Assembly (NCBI GenBank): GCA_051748045.1
Contig: JBNJGY010000017.1
Coordinates: 13,142-35,823, forward strand
Length of the DNA stretch: 22,682 nt
From: Thermotogota bacterium
Lineage (GTDB): Bacteria > Thermotogota > Thermotogae > Petrotogales > Petrotogaceae
Reading direction: 5' to 3'
Position 1 is the first letter of the stretch. Every line of letters starts with the position of its first letter. Positions 17,642 through 22,682 of the stretch are shown piece after piece. Both the position numbers and the translations under genes were made by a program. The notes under the pieces were generated by a model, which was not told the origin of the DNA, did not search any database, and saw only the letters and a program-made list of their open reading frames with translations.

Positions 17642-19670
17642 AGCTATTTTTGAAATTGGAGTTGAAGAACTTCCATCAAGTGAATATAAAAACATAATAG
17701 ATCAAATCAACGAAAAATTAGGAAAAATATTTAAAGACAATGGATTAAAATATGAAAAAATGAAAACTTTTATTGCCCCTAGAAGATTTGGCGCTTTGAT
17801 AGAAGGGTTTGCTGAAAAACAACCAGATGTGACAGAAGAAAAAAAGGGACCCCCAAAAAAAATAGCTTTCGATAAAGAAGGAAACCCAACAAAAGCTTAT
17901 CAAGGTTTTTTAAAAGGTTCTGGAGTTAAAGAGAAAGACGTAAAATTCAAGGAAATAAACGGAGCTGAATATATTTTCGCTGAAATATTCAAACCTGGAA
18001 AATCAACAAAAGAAATCTTAGAAACTGAAATTCCAAAAATGTTAAAAGAGATGAATTTTAAAAAATCAATGAAATGGGGAAAAGGTGAATTTGTTTTTGT
18101 TAGACCAGTTCATTGGATAATGGCTAAGTTCAATGATGATATTTTAAATATAAAAGCTTTTGGTAAAAAAGCATATGACGTTTCTTTTGGACATAGATTT
18201 TTTGGTGAAAAAATAATCGTTGAAAACATAGAAGATTACTTCACAAAAATGAAAGAAAATTATGTAATAGTTGATTTAGAAGAAAGAAAAGAAATAATAA
18301 GAGAGCAATTAGAAAAAATAAAAAAAGAAAATAAATTAGATATTGAAAAAGACGAGGATTTAGTTGAAGAAGTTGCAAAATTGACAGAATATCCAACAGC
18401 TGTTATAGGAGAATTCAAAGAAAAATATATGAGTTTACCTCAAGAAATAATAACAGTTACTGTAAAACACCATCAAAGAAGTTTTGTTGCAAAAGAAAAC
18501 GGTAAAGTTTCTAATAAGTATGTTTCTTTCCAAGATGGATTTGGAAGAGAAAAAAATGTTGTAGATGGTTATTCAAGAGTAATTAATGCTAGACTTGATG
18601 ATGCAGCTTTTTATTACGAAGATGATCTTGAAACAGATTTAGAAAAAAGATTAAAAGAATTATCGGGAGTTACTTATCATAAAGGACTTGGAACATATTT
18701 TGATAAAATTGAAAGAATGAGAGATTTATCAACATATATTGCAGATAAAATAGGTTTAAAAAACTTAGAAAATGTTAGAAGAGCTGCTTTATTATCAAAA
18801 ATAGATTTAACCTCAAACGTTGTTTATGAATTTCCTGAAATGCAAGGAATTATGGGAAGAATATACCTAGAAAAAACAGGCGAGCCAGAAGAAGTATACA
18901 TGTCAGCTTCAGAACATTACAGACCTTTTGATGAAACTGATGATGTTCCAAAAAACATAGTGTCGAATATAGTTTCACTTTCTGACAAAATAGATGATAT
19001 AGTAGGTTATTTTGGAATAGGAAAAATCCCATCTGGTTCAAAAGATCCATTCGCATTAAGAAGAAAAGCTTTTGGAGTTATAAAAATACTAGTTGAAAAT
19101 GAATGGGATTTAGACATAAAAGATATATTAAATGAATCAGCAAAAATATTAAAGCTTGAATATGATGAAGAGAAAATAGAAGAATTTATATCAAGCAGAT
19201 TAAATACAATATTATCTAAAGCTAATATAAATTCAGAAGTGATAAACGCAACTTCGATTAACTGGAATAGACCGATTAGAGCATATCTTTCTGGTAAAGC
19301 TTTAAACGAGTTTATAAACGATGAAAACTTCAAACAATTTATCACAGCATTTCAAAGAGTGAATAATATATCAAAAAAACATAATAGTACAGAGTATTCA
19401 GGAAGAAATTTTAAAGAACAAGCTGAGAAAGATCTTTTTGAAAAATATTTAGAAGTAAAGCCAAAATTTGAAAAATCCATCAAAGCAATGAACTACAAAC
19501 AATCTATAAATGATTTAATAGAATTAAAATCTTCTATAGACAATTATTTTGATGAAGTTTTTGTTATGGATAAACATGAAGATATAAGACTCAACAGACT
19601 TGGATTTTTAAAAGAATTAGCAAGTTTATTCTATGAAATAGGAGACGTTGCACGTCTATATCAAGGTTAG
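17634..19670 (+). CDS. glyS: Glycine--tRNA ligase beta subunit
   Basis: [43 protein letters not shown], and C-terminal DALR-like FFD.V.VM...NRL. ATG 17634 follows GGAGG and overlaps the glyQ stop. Confidence 0.97.
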   Translation: MNKAIFEIGVEELPSSEYKNIIDQINEKLGKIFKDNGLKYEKMKTFIAPRRFGALIEGFAEKQPDVTEEKKGPPKKIAFDKEGNPTKAYQGFLKGSGVKEKDVKFKEINGAEYIFAEIFKPGKSTKEILETEIPKMLKEMNFKKSMKWGKGEFVFVRPVHWIMAKFNDDILNIKAFGKKAYDVSFGHRFFGEKIIVENIEDYFTKMKENYVIVDLEERKEIIREQLEKIKKENKLDIEKDEDLVEEVAKLTEYPTAVIGEFKEKYMSLPQEIITVTVKHHQRSFVAKENGKVSNKYVSFQDGFGREKNVVDGYSRVINARLDDAAFYYEDDLETDLEKRLKELSGVTYHKGLGTYFDKIERMRDLSTYIADKIGLKNLENVRRAALLSKIDLTSNVVYEFPEMQGIMGRIYLEKTGEPEEVYMSASEHYRPFDETDDVPKNIVSNIVSLSDKIDDIVGYFGIGKIPSGSKDPFALRRKAFGVIKILVENEWDLDIKDILNESAKILKLEYDEEKIEEFISSRLNTILSKANINSEVINATSINWNRPIRAYLSGKALNEFINDENFKQFITAFQRVNNISKKHNSTEYSGRNFKEQAEKDLFEKYLEVKPKFEKSIKAMNYKQSINDLIELKSSIDNYFDEVFVMDKHEDIRLNRLGFLKELASLFYEIGDVARLYQG

Positions 19671-19681
19671 GGGGGCTTAAT

Positions 19682-20626
19682 ATGAAACTTGAGGCTTTTA
19701 TTAAAAATTATGATTATTTAGATTCTGGGGTTTATGATTTTATAGTAAAAGAAAATTTAAGAGAAATAGCTTTTCCATCAATAATTCTTTTTAAGGGTGA
19801 ATCAAAAGAATTTGGAAAAGGAGAAGTTGTTTTAGCAGATTATGACAGAGCTCTAGAAATATGGGCAGCAGAAATAATCGAAAAAGACATTACAATTTCT
19901 TTCGAAGAAAACCAAATGCCATATGATATTGAAAAATTAGATTTACCAACAAAATGGGAAGATTTTATGGATTATGCCCACTTTTTTATGGAAAGTGGTG
20001 AATTGGATATATTAGCTTATAATTTTGAAAACAAAAAAGAAGAAAGCAAAATAAAAGTACAAAAATACGAAGAAGCAATAAAAAACATGAGTCTTATAAA
20101 ATCAGAAATACCAGATTTACTAACGTCAAAAGAAAACATTTTTACTGTTTCTGTTTTAAACTCAGGAAAAATGCTTATTTTTGGTATAGACACAAATGAA
20201 TATGTAAAAATGGCTAATAAGTTGAGTAACTCATACGAAAAAAAATATCTATGGTTAATTTTAAAAATCATTTTGAAAGAAAAACTTTTAAAACATTTTA
20301 AAACTTACAGTCCAGCCTTAGTTTCACAAGGCTTAATGGGAGTTTTTATTGAGTCATTAAATGAAGCTGATTTCAAAAGACTTTTAAAAATGATAAAACT
20401 TAAACTATATATAACTGAAGAAAAAGTTTGGGAATTATATGAAAAAAACCAGTATCTCATTAAATATGTAACAGGACTCATAGAAACAGGAAAGAAAATA
20501 AATGCTGACGGAGAAGAAAAGAATCTTTGGAACGCATTAGAAGATATTATCTTAGATATAATTGTAAATGGAGATAATCAGATAGAAGAACTAAAAAAAG
20601 TAGCAAGAGATTTGATAGTACTATAA
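19682..20626 (+). CDS. Hypothetical protein (314 aa)
   Basis: Long ORF with a GGGGG RBS, co-oriented and tightly spaced after glyS. No motif recognised. Confidence 0.75.
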   Translation: MKLEAFIKNYDYLDSGVYDFIVKENLREIAFPSIILFKGESKEFGKGEVVLADYDRALEIWAAEIIEKDITISFEENQMPYDIEKLDLPTKWEDFMDYAHFFMESGELDILAYNFENKKEESKIKVQKYEEAIKNMSLIKSEIPDLLTSKENIFTVSVLNSGKMLIFGIDTNEYVKMANKLSNSYEKKYLWLILKIILKEKLLKHFKTYSPALVSQGLMGVFIESLNEADFKRLLKMIKLKLYITEEKVWELYEKNQYLIKYVTGLIETGKKINADGEEKNLWNALEDIILDIIVNGDNQIEELKKVARDLIVL

Positions 20627-20653
20627 TTTTAAATTTTAGAAAAGGTGTGTTTA

Positions 20654-21760
20654 ATGGATATACTTTATTTAGAAAATTTGAAACAATGTCCTGATTTTGT
20701 GGAAACCTTCAAAAGGCCAGGAAATTATTTCACAGTAAATATTGAAGGAATGGAATTAGAAGCAAATTATGAAAAATATGAAAACAATATAATTCATATT
20801 ATCAGGACAGGAACCAATTTGAGATTTTATCACTGGATACATGCATATGTGGCTTACAGATATTTTATTGATCAGGGTAAAGAAGTAGATGGATTTATTA
20901 TTGAATTAGTAGACGGAAAAGAAGAAAAGATAAAACTTGACAGACTTAAGATAAGAGAACCGAATATATTAAAAGACTTGAAAAAATTAAAAAAAGGATA
21001 CAGAAACCCTGGTTCACATTGTAGATTTTGTAAAATAAAAGCTGAATGTCACAAAGAATTACTGAAAAAAGGTGATTTAACAGTAATTCCTTCTATTAGT
21101 GAAAAAGTATTAAAAGATTTTGAAATGATGAATGTAGATCCTCTAGAAGTTATTAACAACAGAGAAGAAATTGATGATTTTAGATCATTTCAAAGAAAAG
21201 CTTTATTCAATATGAAATCAGTTTTTGAAGATAAGACACTAAAATTAAATGAGAGAAGACTACCAGATGATTACATAGTTTTTGATGTTGAAACCTATGG
21301 TAATCATGATTTTCTATTTGGATTTTTAGATAATGATGAATATATCCCTTTTTTCTTTGAAGATGAAAATAAAAATGATTTTGAAGAAATGATTGAATAT
21401 TTGGATAACAGAAACAAAAAATTAGTTCATTATGATGTTCATGATACAAAAGCTTTGAGAAAAATAGCAAAATTCAGACCTGAATTGAGATCAACAATAG
21501 ATAAAATATTAGAAGAATCATTGGATTTGTTTGATGTAATATTAAAAGACTTTTCTTTTCCAGTTACTTCTTATTCTTTAAAAGATATAAGTAAATATTT
21601 TGGATTTGAATGGAGAACAAATTTAAATGGTTTCGCTGTTTTGACAGTTTATCAGAGATATTTAAAAGGCGATAAATCTGTTATGGAAGAAATATATGAT
21701 TACAATGAAGATGATTGTAGAGCAACAAGACATGTGCTTGAAGAATTAAAAAAGTTTTGA
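20654..21760 (+). CDS. TM0106-family RecB-like / RNase_H_2 (DEDD) putative nuclease
   Basis: N-terminal KQCP plus HCRFCKIKAECH (four-Cys Fe-S pattern). C-terminal FDVET, HY...D, LDLF, YSLKDI..YFGFEW and YNEDDCRAT. ATG 20654 follows AAGGTG. Confidence 0.82.
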   Translation: MDILYLENLKQCPDFVETFKRPGNYFTVNIEGMELEANYEKYENNIIHIIRTGTNLRFYHWIHAYVAYRYFIDQGKEVDGFIIELVDGKEEKIKLDRLKIREPNILKDLKKLKKGYRNPGSHCRFCKIKAECHKELLKKGDLTVIPSISEKVLKDFEMMNVDPLEVINNREEIDDFRSFQRKALFNMKSVFEDKTLKLNERRLPDDYIVFDVETYGNHDFLFGFLDNDEYIPFFFEDENKNDFEEMIEYLDNRNKKLVHYDVHDTKALRKIAKFRPELRSTIDKILEESLDLFDVILKDFSFPVTSYSLKDISKYFGFEWRTNLNGFAVLTVYQRYLKGDKSVMEEIYDYNEDDCRATRHVLEELKKF

Positions 21761-21769
21761 GAAATCAAA

Positions 21770-21820
21770 AATTTCTGATGGAAGTTTAAGGTTGGAAGTT
21801 GAAAGTAAGAACATTGTTAA
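21770..21820 (+). repeat. Heptamer-periodic module D, copy 1
   Basis: AATTTCTG + GGAAGTT-TAAGGTT-GGAAGTT-GAAAGTA + ACATTGTTAA; repeated at 22303..22354. Confidence 0.7.
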
Positions 21821-21832
21821 AAAGCAAGTATT

Positions 21833-21898
21833 TGTCATCCTGAGCGAACGAAGTGAGTCGTAAGGATCTCTTCAGTAAATTTCACTCAGTGAAATTAA
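21833..21898 (+). repeat. REP-like repeat copy 2 with AATTTCAC-TCA-GTGAAATT hairpin
   Basis: 66 bp identical to 22139..22204. Confidence 0.9.
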
Positions 21899-21930
21899 TA
21901 AGTTATATATAAAATAATTAATAGCGCTCT

Positions 21931-22084
21931 TCACAAGATCGAATTATAGAAAAAATAAAATCTTCAATCACTTGGAAATGCTAAAAATTGCAAACTCACA
22001 AAAAGCAGTTCAAACATACAATTTTTTAAACGCATTTCACAGCATTCTTTCAGATAAATTTTATACTATAATTCTCAATAGTTC
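21931..22084 (+). repeat. Long-hairpin module B, copy 2
   Basis: Homologous to 103..254; stems GAATTATAG/CTATAATTC and GAAATGC/GCATTTC. Confidence 0.8.
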
Positions 22085-22138
22085 ATCGCATCTATTTATT
22101 ATTTTGGTGGAAAAACACTTATTAAAAAGATTAGCGAA

Positions 22139-22204
22139 TGTCATCCTGAGCGAACGAAGTGAGTCGTAAGGATCTCTTCAGTAAATTTCACTCAGTGAAA
22201 TTAA
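22139..22204 (+). repeat. REP-like repeat copy 3 with hairpin
   Basis: Exact 66-bp copy of 21833..21898. Confidence 0.9.
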
Positions 22205-22302
22205 GCCTTTAAAAACATTCAATTTTCTACGAAAATTTATTAGCAAAAATAATTCCGAAATATAAAAAATCAAAGTAGGTCGTATAGTAGAAATTGTTTC
22301 AC

Positions 22303-22403
22303 AATTTCTGTTGAAGGTTTATGGTTGGAAGTTGGAAGTAAAATACATTGTTAAGCTACTAAAATAAATGAAAACCAACAACCTCCATCTTCCAACTTAC
22401 AAC
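22303..22403. repeat. Heptamer module D copy 2 plus an inverted heptamer tract
   Basis: GAAGGTT-TATGGTT-GGAAGTT-GGAAGTA (22313-22340) faces AACCAAC-AACCTCC-ATCTTCC-AACTTAC (22373-22400). Confidence 0.65.
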
Positions 22404-22534
22404 AAAATAAATTACTTTGTAATTTATTTTAAAAAATGTTTCACTCAGTAAACCCATACTTTTCATTTTTATATTTCTTCATTATTTTAAATAGATTTTG
22501 ATTTAAAAACAATCTTAAGTGTTAGAACTTAACT

Positions 22535-22579
22535 AAAAACAAACAACAAGAAACCAACAACCAAAATGCAGAGCATTTT
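22535..22579 (+). repeat. Module C, copy 2
   Basis: 33/35 match to 282..316; ends in the hairpin AAAATGC-AGA-GCATTTT upstream of the era RBS. Confidence 0.75.
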
Positions 22580-22600
22580 AGTTAAAAAAGGAGCCAATAA

Positions 22601-22682
22601 ATGGAAAATAAAGAAAATTATAAAAGTGGTTTTATATCAATGGCTGGAAAGCCAAATGTAGGAAAATCAACACTTATAAACT
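22601..22682 (+). CDS. era: GTPase Era, 5' fragment (runs off the window)
   Basis: RBS AAGGAG; translation MENKENYKSGFISMAGKPNVGKSTLIN shows the Era N-terminus with the G1 P-loop. Not in the supplied ORF track. Confidence 0.88.
   Translation, partial: MENKENYKSGFISMAGKPNVGKSTLIN

Noticed and set aside
9582-21470. Many short minus-strand ORFs opposite the pilus, fakA, glyQS and nuclease genes
   Set aside because: Antisense shadows with Ser/Phe/Ile-rich composition expected from reverse-complement codon bias.
21972-22169. 65-aa ORF in the repeat mosaic
   Set aside because: No RBS, it crosses module boundaries, and the frame is not preserved in the homologous copy at 103-254, which has indels.
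21833-22204. CRISPR array from the 38/66-bp direct repeats next to a Cas4-like nuclease
   Set aside because: Only two adjacent copies with a 240-bp gap that is itself a repeat; no cas genes; a third copy is dispersed 21.8 kb away.
7-22204. Composite transposon or genomic island bounded by the direct repeats
   Set aside because: The enclosed DNA holds core genes (glyQS, fakA) and no integrase or transposase; dispersed repeats explain the pattern better.

Overview
Very AT-rich bacterial chromosomal window. The gene content and style (secretin plus Asp23/FakA/glyQS, a TM0106-like nuclease, GGAGG/GGTGA ribosome-binding sites) suggest Thermotogota, probably Petrotogales; this is an inference. From left to right it holds: (i) a composite palindromic intergenic repeat; (ii) two lipoprotein genes, the first carrying lytic-transglycosylase motifs in circularly permuted order; (iii) a four-gene minus-strand operon (Ndh2 with a DoxX-like membrane domain, a polyprenyl diphosphate synthase, a MenA/DmkA prenyltransferase and a secreted protein with three FMN-binding DTVTGATSSS repeats) resembling a reduced Listeria-type flavin-based extracellular electron transfer locus; (iv) a divergent, highly AT-rich type IV pilus/T2SS-like operon ending in a secretin; (v) amrB/MEMO1, Asp23, fakA, glyQ, glyS, a hypothetical gene and a TM0106-like Fe-S/DEDD nuclease; and (vi) an 840-bp mosaic of the same repeat modules seen at the window start, followed by the 5' end of era. 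The most notable items are the flavinylation/quinone electron-transfer operon, the permuted transglycosylase, and the modular repeats whose stems show compensatory base changes.
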